Assembly (NCBI GenBank): GCA_951406725.2
Contig: OX597824.1
Location: forward strand, 97,836,001-97,900,000
DNA: 64,000 nt
Direction: 5' to 3'
Origin: Octopus vulgaris
Taxonomy: Eukaryota
Shown piece after piece: positions 12,920 through 27,796 of this stretch (its first letter is position 1; the number at the start of each line of letters is the position of its first letter). The position numbers were made by a program, and so were the translations under genes. The notes beneath the pieces were generated by a model. That model saw nothing but the letters and a program-made list of their open reading frames with translations, made no database searches and had not been told where the DNA came from.

Positions 12920-13878
12920 ACATGTATGTGGTCAGTCTGAATATACAGTGAAGAATGGTGGGAAGCATTGTGTCCACCGGACACTTGTGAAACCAGTTTC
13001 CATCCATACAGAAGAGTCATGTTATCGGATTTACTGCAGATTTGTAATTTTGTTTAAAACACCGTATTGAAGAAGAAGGATGCATCCTCTCCTCTTACAG
13101 CGCTGGATTGTATAAGGACCACGCCGTAACAGTCTCATGCAGTATGAATGGTCACAACATGGATAAATTGGAAATTATTTTATAGGAATATTTAAGAAGT
13201 TTGACTTATTACTAACTTAGCAATACCAAGCAAGACAAAGCGCTACATAAAGGCAAAGGAGAGCATCATTTATACTCATAGATATTCCAGCCACCCGCAA
13301 TCTATTATTATGAATATTGTCACTGGAATAGAAAGGACAGACTATGCCAACCACCAATAATGAAGTACCAGCAGATACCTTCAGTAAGAAATCAGTTTAT
13401 ATGGATAAGACCCAGTCTTCTACACATAACAGTAGAACTAGGAAAAGAAAAGTTATCGGGTTTAATCTGTCGAACAAATATAGCCACTTTTCCTGTCTAT
13501 GCATTTATACTATAAACTCTAACTCAAACAATGTTAAGGTCAGTTATCCCCGTATGGACAATATCCCTACACACACCAAACATTACAACCGCTCATATAT
13601 CCTCATAAAGTATCCCTTATCAGTAACTGAGGAATAGTTAGTGCCTTTATCCATATTTCCTTTTTCAAATATAAAATTTGTTTAAAAAATGCTTCCTTTT
13701 TTTTTGTTTATTTTAACAAGTGTTGCTTAGGAGACGAGTTTGCACTCGGCCTTTTAAAGAAGGAAACAAGAAGTCTGTTGGCAATAAAATGTCTTTCACT
13801 TCTCTTTCTCTTCCTCTCTCTCACCTCTTTCTCTCCCCCTCTCTCCATTATTTTACACACACACACACACAGATTACA

Positions 13879-13916
<38 letters not shown>

Positions 13917-13990
13917 AACATAGATACATACTCATATAGTTTATGTATATTCATATATGTACATATATATGTATGCATGTATATATATGC

Positions 13991-14062
<72 letters not shown>

Positions 14063-14294
14063 ATATATGTGTGTGGTGTGTATGTGTGTATTGTATAGTA
14101 TATCATATATATATATGTAAGTAAGTTTCCTATATTTATGTTTGTATGTGAGCATAAATGAATGGATGTAGAGTGAAACAATGAGAGAGAAAAAGGGGAA
14201 ACAAATATAGATAGATAGATAGATATTATTTCCGTACATTGTCATCTACGATACTGCTACGTTTGTGTGTGTGCGTGTGTGTGAGAAAGGGAGT

Positions 14295-14331
<37 letters not shown>

Positions 14332-14340
14332 TGAGTGATT

Positions 14341-14371
<31 letters not shown>

Positions 14372-14832
14372 GAACTGACGAACGAACGGCAGGACGGGTA
14401 TTGCTCGTGATGTACTGCTCCAGCTGACCAGAACAACTAAACCCGATCCGCTGGTCAGCCACCATGCTGCACTTTCTGAGGACGTGTTGCATTTTCAACA
14501 TGTTGAAACCGCTACATGTGCATTTGTCTGTGCACGTAACTACATTACACGCACGCTCGCTCGCACTCACGCACACATACACACACATACACGAATGGAG
14601 ATGAGAGAAGGAAAGAGAGAGAGATAAAGAAACTGACTGATAGACTGATAAGAGAGATGGACGACGGTCAGAGAGAGAGACATGGTTATAAAATATCTCT
14701 AGAAATATCGCACACATGTAACTCTTTGTAAATATGCGTCCAGAAACATAAACAAACGCATATACGAAACATATATTTATAAATACACCCACGCACCCAC
14801 GCACATACACACATACACAGACCCCCACCTCA

Positions 14833-14871
<39 letters not shown>

Positions 14872-15318
14872 ACACGCAGAAGTACACGGGAACTTCACAA
14901 AAAGACATGTAGTAATATATAGGATTTACCTGAATCTTATTAATTGCAGGGACGCTGCTCACCGAATACTGGGTATATCCTCATACAGGATATTTTCTGG
15001 AGACGGGTTCCGCCTCGCAAGAACCGTACAAGCTAAGATTTCTTATGGAAGCCTGTGGCATCAGTTTAGGGAGGTGTTGGTTATTACTTCGAAATCCAGA
15101 CAAAACTTGCTTTTAAGTTTAGATTAAAACTTCAGTAAAGAAAGGCAACTTCTCTGCATGAACGAAAACCTTCGTCTTTCGGCTACCCAAGGGCTTTTCT
15201 TACCCAATATTTTACACGCTATATTTATAGCTTTATCTACTTCGAGTTCCGCCGTTAGAATGATCTACTTGATATTTCTCGAAGTTTCCAAAACAAAAAT
15301 TTTCATCTACTGTAAATA

Positions 15319-15385
<67 letters not shown>

Positions 15386-18143
15386 TGTATGTATGTATGT
15401 ATGTATGTATGTATGTATGTATGTATGTATGTATGTATGTATGTATGTATGTGTCTGCTGATCCGCCAGAAGTAATAAATTTCAGGACTCGATACAAATG
15501 TAGAGCATTCTGTAATGCATTATAACTGAAACGAGCTACTCTGAGTATAGGAAATCGGAGCTTTCCAGTAATAACGTGTCAGACATATATATTAATTCTG
15601 TCCGTTTGTGGTGGGACGTGCGTTTTCTTCGGGGCAAACTCGAAGCGGATCCTCTGACGTAAATGGTTGGGCAGCACCGATATAAAGAGAGCGACTCTTT
15701 CAGAACATCTCCTTCCAACTGCCATCAGTTGTATAATGTTTGAAATTGTTCCCTAAGGATTACGAAAACCATTATTCTTTGATAATTCCTCTATTATTCA
15801 AGAATAAAGGAATGTCTTTTATTCTAGTTGATTTCTCTCCCCACCTCTATTTTTTTCATGTATTGTTATACTCTCCTGTATTTAATTATTGCTGCGGTGG
15901 GGGTGATGGTGGCTGGTTGGTTCTTTAGGGGTTTTTAGGTAGTTATATGTTCTTGCGGCTCGGTGAGTGGAGGAGGAAGAGCGGGAAGGTATTCAGGGAT
16001 GGAATTTGAGTGGGGTGGAATTTGAGAGGTGGGGTGCGGGGTGCGGGGTGAGTGGCGGGGGCGATGCAAGGTGAATTTAACAATAAGAAACATTGCAATG
16101 ACAGACAAAACCGTTTTGTCACATAAACTCATTTCCTTTAATTATAATCGAGGTTAATAAGAACGACGACAATGATGACGACAACGCTAATGATGACGAT
16201 GATGACGATGATGATGGTGATGATGATGATGAGGGTAAGGGTTAGTAATAGTGGTGGTGGTGGTGGTGGTGGCAGATGATTGTTCGAAAGAAGAATTCTG
16301 ATTTCCGTCAGAAAAAAAAAAGAGCACCTCAACTAAACAACAATAATAATAACAATGACGAAGACGATGACAGCGGCGGCGGCGGCGGCGGCAGTGGTGG
16401 TGGTGGTGGTTGTGGTGGTGGTTGTGGGGTGGGGTTGATGTGACATCGATGCGAAATCGGTTTGATATGTGGAAGGTGAACGAATTTTGACAATGTGTTT
16501 AATGGACCCCAAATATTTGACAATAATTAACAATTGTTCGGTTAATCATTTCTTATGGCTGCATAGACACCAACTCCACACCTCTAATTAAACACATCAT
16601 CACCACCACCCCTATCACCGACGCTGTCACCACCACCACCACCAACAACAACAACAGAACTACCATTTCTTTCATCTTATCACCCCAACCTTCCACCACT
16701 ATCATGACCACAACCACAACTCTACTACCACTACAACGACGGCAACTATTACTGCTACTGCGGCTACTACTACAACTACAACTACTACTACTACTACTAC
16801 TACTGTGTAAGAGGTATGAGACATTTTGGCACAGGCGTTTTGCCGCTGCCTATTTGCCGTCGCTAATTTAACGCTCATTTGATATCAAAAATCTTAAAAT
16901 TTCTATCATTTTAATGTTGCTCTCGTTCTCTCTTTCTCTCTTTCTCTCTCTCTCTCTCTTTCTCTTTCTCTCTCTCTCTCCTTCTCTCTTTCTCTAGCTC
17001 TATCTTCTTCTCTTTCTCGCTCTCTCAGTTCATAGGTATGAGTCTCCAGTTATGACTGTATATATGCGTAATCTCTCCCTCCTTCTCTCTCACTCAAACT
17101 AGCTGCGTGGTGTATTGTGTGTTGGTCTCTAGTGCCAAACCATACTGATGCAAACACAAGCTGAATATCCAGTCAGACCTAGCAACTGGCCAGTGCTCAC
17201 AAAGCCGCACCCGAACGTTCCATTTCGAAGGCGAAGGACGTTGGTTAAATCAGAAACCACAGATGTTAGAGACAGGGGTGTTTAGTTTCAGTTTTATACA
17301 TCTGGGAAAGTGCAGACGGTGTCGTTAAGCCATGAGAATACGATAATCCGTGTCGATAATCCCTGATCGAGTCCTTACAATGCAGCGGAATAAATTCTGC
17401 TAAAATTCCATCATTAACCAGGAAGTGGTACTAAACCAGGTGCTAGGATGAGCATACCAAACCCCATCTCCCTACCTTCGCCAAAAAGATTGTATAATAT
17501 ATTCCTAATTATAACTGGAACGGTAATCAGCGCAACGTCTCTTATCCCTGCATGAGTGAAGTTGACCTGAGGTTAACAAGGACAGCAAAAATAATTACGA
17601 GAAACTCTTGTGGAAGAATTTCCTGAAATATGTGGAAAGAGACGGTGTGACAATTATTATTTCTTGGTGCCAAAACAAGATAACTCCAGCCATAATTCCT
17701 CATTAAAAGCTAAGTCGTATGGCTAACAGTTGTCTGAGAGGAAACAGAAGGGTCTGTAATGATCCGACTCGGTCAGCGATCCAGTTTTTCACTTCCGGTC
17801 GAAGAAACTTCTTTTTATATTTACTTCTTACACTACGAAACCAAAACAAAACAAATAAAATAAATATAAAATATACAGAAAAGCATGAACATCCTCACAG
17901 CTTCCCTGTAAACCTTGAGTCATTTAGATTTGGATTATCTGGATGAACGACCAACGAATTAATATCTCTCCGTGATGACTCGTTATGTGAATTCCTGTGA
18001 CCCACGTCGACAGAAATACGTAACAGTAATTGCTTTACAAATGCCTTCACGCCAAATTAAGACACCATTATCACAATCGCGGCTTTCGCTGTGATTATCA
18101 TTCTCATTATCGTTGTTGTTGTTGTTGTTATTAGTATTATTAC

Positions 18144-18183
<40 letters not shown>

Positions 18184-19516
18184 GCATGTCTTCCTGTGTG
18201 CGATGGTAGATTAATTACATTGTTGCAGAAATTGTTAATTGTATCCCAATTTAATTTTTATGATCGCAATGTTGTCATCATTTTGTAAGTTTGTCTTGGA
18301 GGTGAAATGGGGCGGTGGGAGGCGGTGGTGATGGTGAGGGATGTGAGGGTGGCGGTGGCAGCGGTGTTGTCAGCTTGGGGAATTAGGGTATTAGCGATGT
18401 GAGGTAGAGGTAGGGGAGACGAAGGGTAAGGGTATAGATAATGAAGGCTGGTGAAAGGCTTAACATGGTGGCGGCGGCGGCGGTGGTGGTGGTTATATCA
18501 GAGAATGAATTGTTAATGGTGGTAGTTGTATAGAAATGAAGGTAATTGTGAAGGATGCGGTAGTGGTGGTGGTGATGTTGGGTTAGGAGGTGTCTATGGT
18601 GTGATAGTTAAAAGTGATGTTTCGTTGCTGCTGCTGTTGTTGTTGTTGCTTAACTACAGGCCAGACTCGGTCAAGTAGACCGTTGTTCAAAGACATTTCC
18701 AGTCGTGACCATCCCGTATTAGAAGTGAAATGTTGATGGGGAATATGGCGGGAATTCATATAAGTTTGTTCAATGTTATATATTATGGTGATCATCGATT
18801 TATGTAGGTAAATGTGGTTTGAGATTGAATGGAACTCAATGAGCAAACGTGGCTATCTATGAGAAAGAGAGAGAGAGAGAGAGAAAGAAAGAGAGGGAAA
18901 GAAAGTGAGAAAGTGAGAAAGAGACAGAGACTTATGGCGGTTGTATCTTATTGGTTTTAGGGTTTCCAGGCCCAAGTTGAGTGTTAGATACACATCTAAC
19001 ATTATCAACTGCCTTGAGGTAACTAAGTCGATATAAAAGGAATTAGGACAATCAACGTGATCTCCCTTGTTTGTATCTGGTCAGCAACTCTCCACAGATT
19101 TTCAGGCGCCAACATCAGTCACAAACCGAATCTCTGTTGAATCCTTTCAACACTTACATCAGCCACATTAGCAGACTTACCATTTATCCCCCCACCACCA
19201 CCCCTCTAATTTCATCGCCTCTCATAACATCACAATCCGTCCATCAGAACCTTGACCTTTGTTTTGGAAGGAAGAATGTCTACAATTCATCCTCTCATGG
19301 GTCACTTTCGAAGTGATGACTTGGATGGTCAACAGCTCTAGATCGTCCAAAGAATATCTGATAAGATTCAGTGTCACTCAGAGTTGACCATGTGATGGGG
19401 ATCTAGGCTTCAAACACACAAAGGATTCAGTTCTATATTTAAGAGATGAGGAATTTATGTACATTATTTACATTATTTACATTTGACGAGTATTTGTCCT
19501 CATCTTGTTTGTTGTT

Positions 19517-19562
19517 AACACAAAGTTTCGGCTGATATAGCCTCCAGCCTTCTTCAGGTGTC
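19517..19562 (-). ncRNA. Hammerhead-like motif (family A, mirror copy, stem III mutated)
   Basis: GACAC-CTGAAGA-A-GGCTG...CAGCC-GAAACTT-T-GTGTT. Confidence 0.6.
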
Positions 19563-19757
19563 TTGGGGAAATTTCGAACCCGGCAAAAAATCACTACGCC
19601 ATATACCGACGAGCATATGGAGTAGTAGTTAAGAGCGCGGACTACTAACCCCAAAATTCCGAGTTCTATTCCAGGCAGTGACCTGGATAATAACAACAAC
19701 AACAACAATATCGAAAAATGCCCTAGGAATGAGAACCCAGGTTCGAAATTTCCCCAC

Positions 19758-19803
19758 GACACCTGATGAAGGCTGGAGGCTATATCAGCCGAAACGTTGT
19801 GCT
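19758..19803 (+). ncRNA. Minimal type-I hammerhead ribozyme-like motif (family A)
   Basis: GACAC-CTGATGA-A-GGCTG(10-nt loop)CAGCC-GAAACGT-T-GTGCT. Canonical core, palindromic ACGT stem III, partial stem I. Confidence 0.75.
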
Positions 19804-19865
19804 AACAACAAACAAGATGAGGACAAATATCCGTCAAATGTAAATAATGTAAATAATGTACCCAA

Positions 19866-20360
19866 ATGATTGTTCCGAACATTGTTTTGAGGTTTCTCTT
19901 CTCGAGTTGTTTGGAGATGTTCGATGCCTATATACTCTTCATATCATCGAGAGTTTTCAAGGCAAACCCTTCAAGCTCTTTCATGTCCCTCACTGAATCC
20001 ATTGTGAAGATATTTCAAACTGTTGAAGTCAAAGAACTCTTAATCTCTTAAGATGAATAAGCTGAATGCTTCAACGTCTTGTGGTCAATTACATTATAGA
20101 AAATGTATTCCGTTTTCTTAGCAGTGGGGTGTATACTGACTTTGTTGCACTCGGTTTCGACTCTTGACAGAGTCTTGAGCATCTGTGGTTTCATACAACA
20201 AAGTATTGACGTCGACAAAGGGAATGTCAATCAATGCTACTTAAGCAAGACTCTTTGATGTTTTTGGTGTCGTAGCGAAGCACAACTCTTCAACTCCATC
20301 TGTTCGCCTGGACAGGGCGGAGTTCAGAACTCTGACGAAGATGGAAAGTGATAAAGCTGC
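19866..20360 (-). mobile_element. Degenerate non-LTR (RTE-like) reverse transcriptase fragment
   Basis: Peptide LSRVETECNKVSIHPTAKKTEYIFYN resembles the post-YADD motif L..VE.E...VGL.LN.KKTEYM. Many frame disruptions. Confidence 0.5.
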
Positions 20361-20992
20361 ACTTAGTAGGACACCAGTGAACACCTCAGCTGCTGAAGTT
20401 GCACCGTTTCACGTGACCACTTGCAATATGACGTCGATGCATGTGGCTCTACGATGATAAGGGTACACAGAATGAAGAAACGGGGTTTGCCTGTCCGGCA
20501 GAATATACAGGAGAAGTCATTGCAAATGGGAGACGGCAAACGTACGGAAACAGTGTTAAGTGTCAACAATTCAGACTATGGCACTGGTGCATGTGTTTTT
20601 AGATGCGTGTGAAAGCGTATGTAATAGCATATGTACATGTATGTATGTATGTATGTATGTATGTATGTATGTATTTATACATGTGTGTGTGTGTGCGCGC
20701 GTGTTTCTCGTGGGATCGGTATTTTCATAGACAGAGTGAAAAAGTGTTACATACTCAAAGAGAGAAAGAAGGAACAAGTCACTTAAAACTCTTTCGCTTT
20801 CTCTCTTTCTTCTCTCAAACGCTGAAGTACACATGCAATCATTATAGACACACACATATATAGTTATATACATACATACACATATACATACATATATATA
20901 TATATATATATAGGTGCGTTAGCACTGACGTGCTAATGCATGAAACTTGCTGGCTTGAATCACTCTGTTGCTTCTGCTAAATATGAATATAA

Positions 20993-21054
<62 letters not shown>

Positions 21055-21184
21055 AGACACAAACACATGCGTACATATGTATATACTTATAAGGACACAG
21101 TTTCCATTATTTGACACTGAGAGTGATCTCGCGAGTGGAGTGGCAGGTGTAAACTAAGCCAGTCTCTATGTAATAATGTGAGAA

Positions 21185-21219
<35 letters not shown>

Positions 21220-21457
21220 AAGAGTATGTTGCTCTTATGTGACATTGACGTCATAAGGCCATTAAGTAAAAGCTGCAAGTGACCACCACTCACTAGAATC
21301 TGATGGGTTGGTCGGTGCTAATTGCTCTCTTTACATCTTGAACATGTTTTCTGGTCCACTTGAAATACTATTGCCTGTCGATGACCCGCCACTCACTCAT
21401 ATGCCCACATGTATTCTTCTGCAGCGTGTATATACATATATATATATACATACATAC

Positions 21458-21491
<34 letters not shown>

Positions 21492-21607
21492 TAATTACAT
21501 CTGCAGCTACTTAGCACACACACATACACACAATCTCACACTCATGCGTAAATATATGCTTTCATTTATGAACACGTATCTATATGCATAAATTTATATC
21601 CATATAA

Positions 21608-21647
<40 letters not shown>

Positions 21648-21648
<1 letters not shown>

Positions 21649-21824
21649 TCGCTCGCCAAAAATACCTTTTTATTTTCTCTCCCTGTTTATTTCTGTGTTC
21701 CTTTCTGTTGAAGAGCGTAGGCTCGAAATGTAAAAGACTTTCTCACTTCCCGAGCATTAAACTAATACATCTGTTTGTTGTCTACACACCCGTCGTCGTC
21801 TTTTGTTTTTTGTTTTGTAAATGC

Positions 21825-21829
<5 letters not shown>
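21648..21829 (+). mobile_element. Short (TA)n-embedded PLE-like element, family B, hammerhead-like motif at 21701-21736
   Basis: CTTT-CTGTTGA-A-GAGC-GTAG-GCTC-GAAATGT-A-AAAG. Near-identical to 50005-50160. (TA)n on both sides. Confidence 0.75.
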
Positions 21830-21896
<67 letters not shown>

Positions 21897-22409
21897 TAAA
21901 ATGAAGAAATAAGTGTTATACAGCTCAACCGATTAGCGCTCTGATAGAGCTTCAGGAATATAAAATTAAGGAGAGGAGAAAACAAATTCAAAGGTCGATG
22001 TATATATTCATTCAATCTATATTAACGAAATTCTCCATGGTATACAAGGTACATACATAGATACATTCATCTATATGATATACAAAAAAATTTTCCAAGA
22101 ATTCATAAATATACACGAAAATCTCCAGAAATCTACGAACTTTATGAAAAAGTCAATTATGAAATTATACAATTTCAAGGTTCGCAGGAAGAATGTAGAT
22201 ATTTGGAATTGTCTATATTGCGTATTTCAAGAACAACAAAACAGGGGCAAAGGGCCCAAAATATCACTTGAACCGAGGAAAATTAGAAGGGGTGAAAAAG
22301 CGGCATCGGGGATGTTTATGTTGCGTGATCTCGTAATCGACCAGAACATCGGATATTGTCATACATCGCTAATCATAATACACTTTGCATCGTTTTAGTT
22401 TTTGAATGC

Positions 22410-22605
22410 TTTCAGCCTGCTGGCTAGGCGAGTGAGCCAATATTCCCCCCTGATCGGAAGATAGTCCATTGCAGGGTTACTCATTTACAGGGGAGTAAAA
22501 ATGAAGTGCTTTGCCCATGAATATAGCGCACTGCTCGGTCAGGGAATCGAACTCACGACCTAGCGACCGTGCGGGCAACACCGAAACCATTAGACCATGC
22601 TCATA
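22410..22605 (-). mobile_element. tRNA-derived SINE (head A + tail U), diverged
   Basis: A box TGGTCTAATGG, B box GAGTTCGATTCC, followed by AACCCTGCAATGGACT...CAGGGGGG similar to the tail of 930-1233. Confidence 0.7.
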
Positions 22606-22668
22606 GTGGTTAGAGTGTTGCAAACAGACACACACAAACACTACATATATATTTATATAAATATACAT

Positions 22669-22703
<35 letters not shown>

Positions 22704-22836
22704 CACAAAGACACACACACATATATAAATATATACAAATATATATATACATATACATATACATATATATACATATATATATACATATATATACATATAT
22801 ATATACATATATATATATATACATATATATATATAC

Positions 22837-22869
<33 letters not shown>

Positions 22870-22930
22870 CACACATATATAAATATATATAAATATATAT
22901 ATATATTTATATATATCTAAATATATATAT

Positions 22931-22996
<66 letters not shown>

Positions 22997-23141
22997 GCGA
23001 GGAAGCAGGGTAACAGAAACCTGTCAGCCATGACTCAACTATTCTTGGTCTGCTCCAATCGGTTACAGAAATACGCTGTGGAAATTGTGAATTTATGCTA
23101 AGGTTTCAATACTTAAAATTATTTGACAAATCTCTCTTTAC

Positions 23142-23209
<68 letters not shown>

Positions 23210-23213
<4 letters not shown>

Positions 23214-23285
23214 AGATCGCAGTGACATGAAACTCGAGTTGCGAGACAAGATCTGGTCTTCAGTTTTAATAAAAACGATATACAT
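23210..23285 (+). mobile_element. 5'-truncated PLE-like tail with the 3' half of a hammerhead
   Basis: Follows (TA)n. GAAACTCGAGTT contains the perfect palindrome ACTCGAGT and a GUU triplet, with AATAAA downstream. Confidence 0.5.
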
Positions 23286-23885
23286 GTATCTGTGCGTACG
23301 CGAACCTGCGTATGTGTTCCCGAGTGTGTGTGTGTGTTGACCCAGGCTGACATTGTTTGTTGACCTTTGACATGAAATCGAGATTTGATGAGTTTTTATG
23401 GTGTTAGGGGTGGGATAAGTTTTGGAGGTTTGCCAACAACAGCAACAAATGATTGAAAATTCAATAAATAAGGAGAATGAAGAGAGAGGGGCGAGAAGAA
23501 ACCCCGGTGTCAACACACACACGCATACACAAACGCACATTCTAACATGCGCACGGACAGACACACATGCATACATACATACACTCAAATATACATGGAA
23601 AGATAGATATACAAGTGCATGTATATGTGTGTGTATGTATATTCATGTAATACACATGTATATATACATACGTGCATACATTTACACACTCCTTAGATAT
23701 CAAATAGGAAAGGTTATCAGTAAAACAAGACATCTAATATGAAAGTATATATGTGCATGCAAAAGGCACACACACACACACACATACACACATATACATA
23801 TATACATATATATATATGTATATACGTATGTATATACGTATGTATATGTGTCACTGTCTACACATATATACATACATACATATAT

Positions 23886-23917
<32 letters not shown>

Positions 23918-24067
23918 GAATATATATACATACACACACGCATACACTTACACATATATATATGTATGTATATATGTATGTATGTATGCGTAGACAGTGA
24001 CACATCTTCTTCGCACGTGTAAATGAACATATAACCATCCGTATCTTTATATATCTTCATATATAAA

Positions 24068-24150
<83 letters not shown>

Positions 24151-24669
24151 GTATTATATATACACGCACACACACACACGCACGTACATATACGTATTGG
24201 TATATACGTATGACGCATACTTCTGAAGACGGTTGGAAAGGAGGGACAGAAGAAAGACAGTCTCACACCCACCTTCAGACCCTTCAAACACAGCGCTAGT
24301 CCCCCCCTCCTTGCACCGCTACACTCACTCCCACCGCACCTCTGCAACACTACAATGCAAACACCGAAGCGTGCACAAATATTGTTTTTGTTATTATCAT
24401 CATCCTCATTGTCATCGTCATCGCCATCATTACCGTTGTTGTTGTTGTTGCTCTTGCTGTTGTTGTTGTTACCATTCTTTAACTGACTATTGATAAATGA
24501 TTAACGCCTCCCCTTCATCACACCTGAACACCGCACACCCAGCAGGACCTGACTCATCCGCTTTTGTATAAACAGTCCGGGAAGCTGGTGCCTACACACA
24601 TACGTACATACACACACGTTCATACACACACACACACACTCATGCAGACGCATGCACATACAAATACAT

Positions 24670-24730
<61 letters not shown>

Positions 24731-24792
24731 GGTAGGTAGGTAGGTAGGTAGGTAGGTAGGTAGGTAGGTAGGTAGGTAGGTAGGTAGGTAGG

Positions 24793-24859
<67 letters not shown>

Positions 24860-24860
24860 G

Positions 24861-25007
<147 letters not shown>

Positions 25008-25097
25008 GTACATGCATAAACATATATTGTTATTGTTCTTTCTTACGAAAAATATAGAACTGCTTAAGAAGTGCTCGGCCTGAACCCGAGACCAAAG

Positions 25098-25481
25098 ATA
25101 AGAATTAAGATAGAAATTCAAATTAGGCAATCGAACTCATACAGTTATAAATACGACTTAAAAATATGAATATCTAAAAAAAAAATATTTATAGTGGAAA
25201 CGGCCGTAGGAAGTGGACTTCCCCGAACTGTATTATATACCTTATATACCATTTATATACAAAAATAAAAATACACATCGAATTCTGTGGATCTTTTAAT
25301 TGAAACTCTGAACTGCTTTTAATTTTAGTACAAAAAAATGTTTTTATCAGTTCCCTTTTTCTCACACTTCCATACGTATCCCACGTTGGTTTAATTTACA
25401 TGTATTTTTATGTCTATTCATATTTCATAAATATTTTTAAAAGTATGATTGCCTAATTTGAGTTTATATCTTAATTCTTAT
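25098..25481. repeat. Inverted repeat element with 35-bp outer arms
   Basis: 25098-25132 versus 25447-25481 match at 33/35 as reverse complements, with patchy similarity continuing inward. Confidence 0.75.
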
Positions 25482-25764
25482 ATATGTATAAGTCCTACAC
25501 ACATATACACACACATATACACATATACACACATCTAATGATTAGTAAACAACAACACCATCAACTATGATTGGGAAGCAAGACTCATTTATTCAATGAC
25601 TCAAGCGACCCCAAAATATCTCACCTGTCACCTGAATGACCAGGTAACTTATCAAATATATCGATTAAGTTGATGAAGCGAAGTACATCTCGCACCAGCT
25701 CTCTCGCTTTCTCTCTCTTTCCTCTCTCTGTCTCTCTCTCTCTCTTTCCGTCTTATTACTGCTT

Positions 25765-26035
<271 letters not shown>

Positions 26036-26592
26036 TATGAGCAACATCATCACCACCACCATCAGCAACAACGTCAACATGAACAACAACAGCCCGAAGA
26101 CTGAGGCATTTATTTAGACCCGGGGTCTCCTAATTTTGGTAATACCACCAGTTGATCATCCATCCGTCCCCTGACGCATCATTATTTTAATTGCAGTCAG
26201 AATCTGCTTCACTCGAACCTGAAACAACGGGCTCCACCGTTTTATGGTCAACTTTTTACGTTATGAGTTCAAATGTCGCCGTGGTCAGCTTCCTGCGTCA
26301 TGTCATCGATGTCTAAATTCAACTAACGAGGGAAATTCTTGGCTACTCTACATGCTAGAAACAGCAGTTCGCCTTCCTTAAAATCACACACTACTATCTA
26401 AATAATGAAGAAAACTGTGGCTATTGAAGCTTGAAAAAAAAATGAATGGTCACGTTTGGAAAGCCTTTGATCTTAAAACAGGTCGGGTGTTGCTGTTGTT
26501 TTAGACGTAGTGTTAATGTTACAATATTATGCGGACATTGCAAGTGAGAGGTGTCAATTGCAACAAAAGAGCAACCCATGAGAGATACTATA

Positions 26593-26872
26593 CAGCGGAT
26601 CTTCGGTTTACGAACAATTTTTCTAACATAAAACGTCTCGGGTGACGAACGGTGTGTCGAGTAACGAACACGCAAGCCAGGAACAACGTTTAGCGACAAG
26701 CTGGGAATGTCAGCGAGAGGGCGTCAGTTGGCGGCCTAGGTTTCGCTCATTGCACATCCCTGCTTCAATTTGCTGAGCCTTCACTTGGATTTCCAGTAGG
26801 GAAAAACAGTTTCGATTTACGAACATTTCAGCCTTGAGGAACGAATTAATTTCGTAAACCGAGGTTCTATTG
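26593..26872. mobile_element. Tc1/mariner (pogo/Tigger-like) MITE
   Basis: TIRs CAGCGGATCTTCGGTTTACGAA and TTCGTAAACCGAGGTTCTATTG, each flanked by TA. Internal TTACGAAC sub-repeats. Confidence 0.75.
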
Positions 26873-27796
26873 TATAAGCCTGCCTCCCTCACTGTCTCTG
26901 TCTGTCACTCTCTCTCTCTTTCTCTCTTTCTCTCACTCCAGCTCGTGTGAAACGGGTCGCAATCCGAACTCCTTTATTAAATTTTCTTTACTTTGTACAT
27001 TATGTTTATTTGGTAGAGAATACTGGGACCACACCGCGAGTGAAAGGTGTCAATTATCTCAGCCAATTAATAAATTAAGTCTTATTATAAGATTAATTGT
27101 CTCCAACACAGCCACACGTATTTATTTTCCTACCTCGTATTTATCACGACACTCTTCCCACACCTCGTCTCTCTCACTCTCCACCCCTATCTCTCTTTCT
27201 CTCTCCCTCTCCCTCTTTATCTCTCTCTCTCTCTCTCTCTTACATTACCTCTCACCACCACCATCAGCAACAACGTCAACATGAACAACAACAGCCCCGA
27301 AGACTGAGGCATTTATTTAGACCCGGGGTCTCCTAATTCTGGTAATACCACCAGTTGATCATCCATCCGTACCCTGACGCATCATTATTTTAATTGCAGC
27401 AGAATCTGCTTCACTCGAACCTGAAACAACGTGCTCCACCGTTTTATGGTCAACTTTTTACGTTATGAGTTCAAATGTCGCGTGGTCAACTTCCTGCGTC
27501 ATGTCATCGATGTCTAAATTCAACTAACGAGGGAAATTCTTGGCTACTCTACATGCTAGAAACAGCAGTTCGCCTTCCTTAAAATCACACACTACTATCT
27601 AAATAATGAAGAAAACTGTGGCTATTGAAGCTTGAAAAAAAAAATGAATGGTCACGTTTGGAAAGCCTTTGATCATAAAACATAGGTCGGGTGTTGCTGT
27701 TGTTTTAGACGTAGTGTTAATGTTACAATATTATGCGGACATTGCAAGTGAGAGGTGTCAATTGCAACAAAAGAGCAACCCATGAGAAATACTATA

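Larger units (their letters stand above)
19428..19862. mobile_element. Fold-back pair of a tRNA-headed, hammerhead-bearing short retroelement
   Basis: Inverted arms of about 122 bp (19459-19581 / 19740-19861), tRNA-like head at 19615-19683, and a hammerhead-like motif in each arm. Confidence 0.85.
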
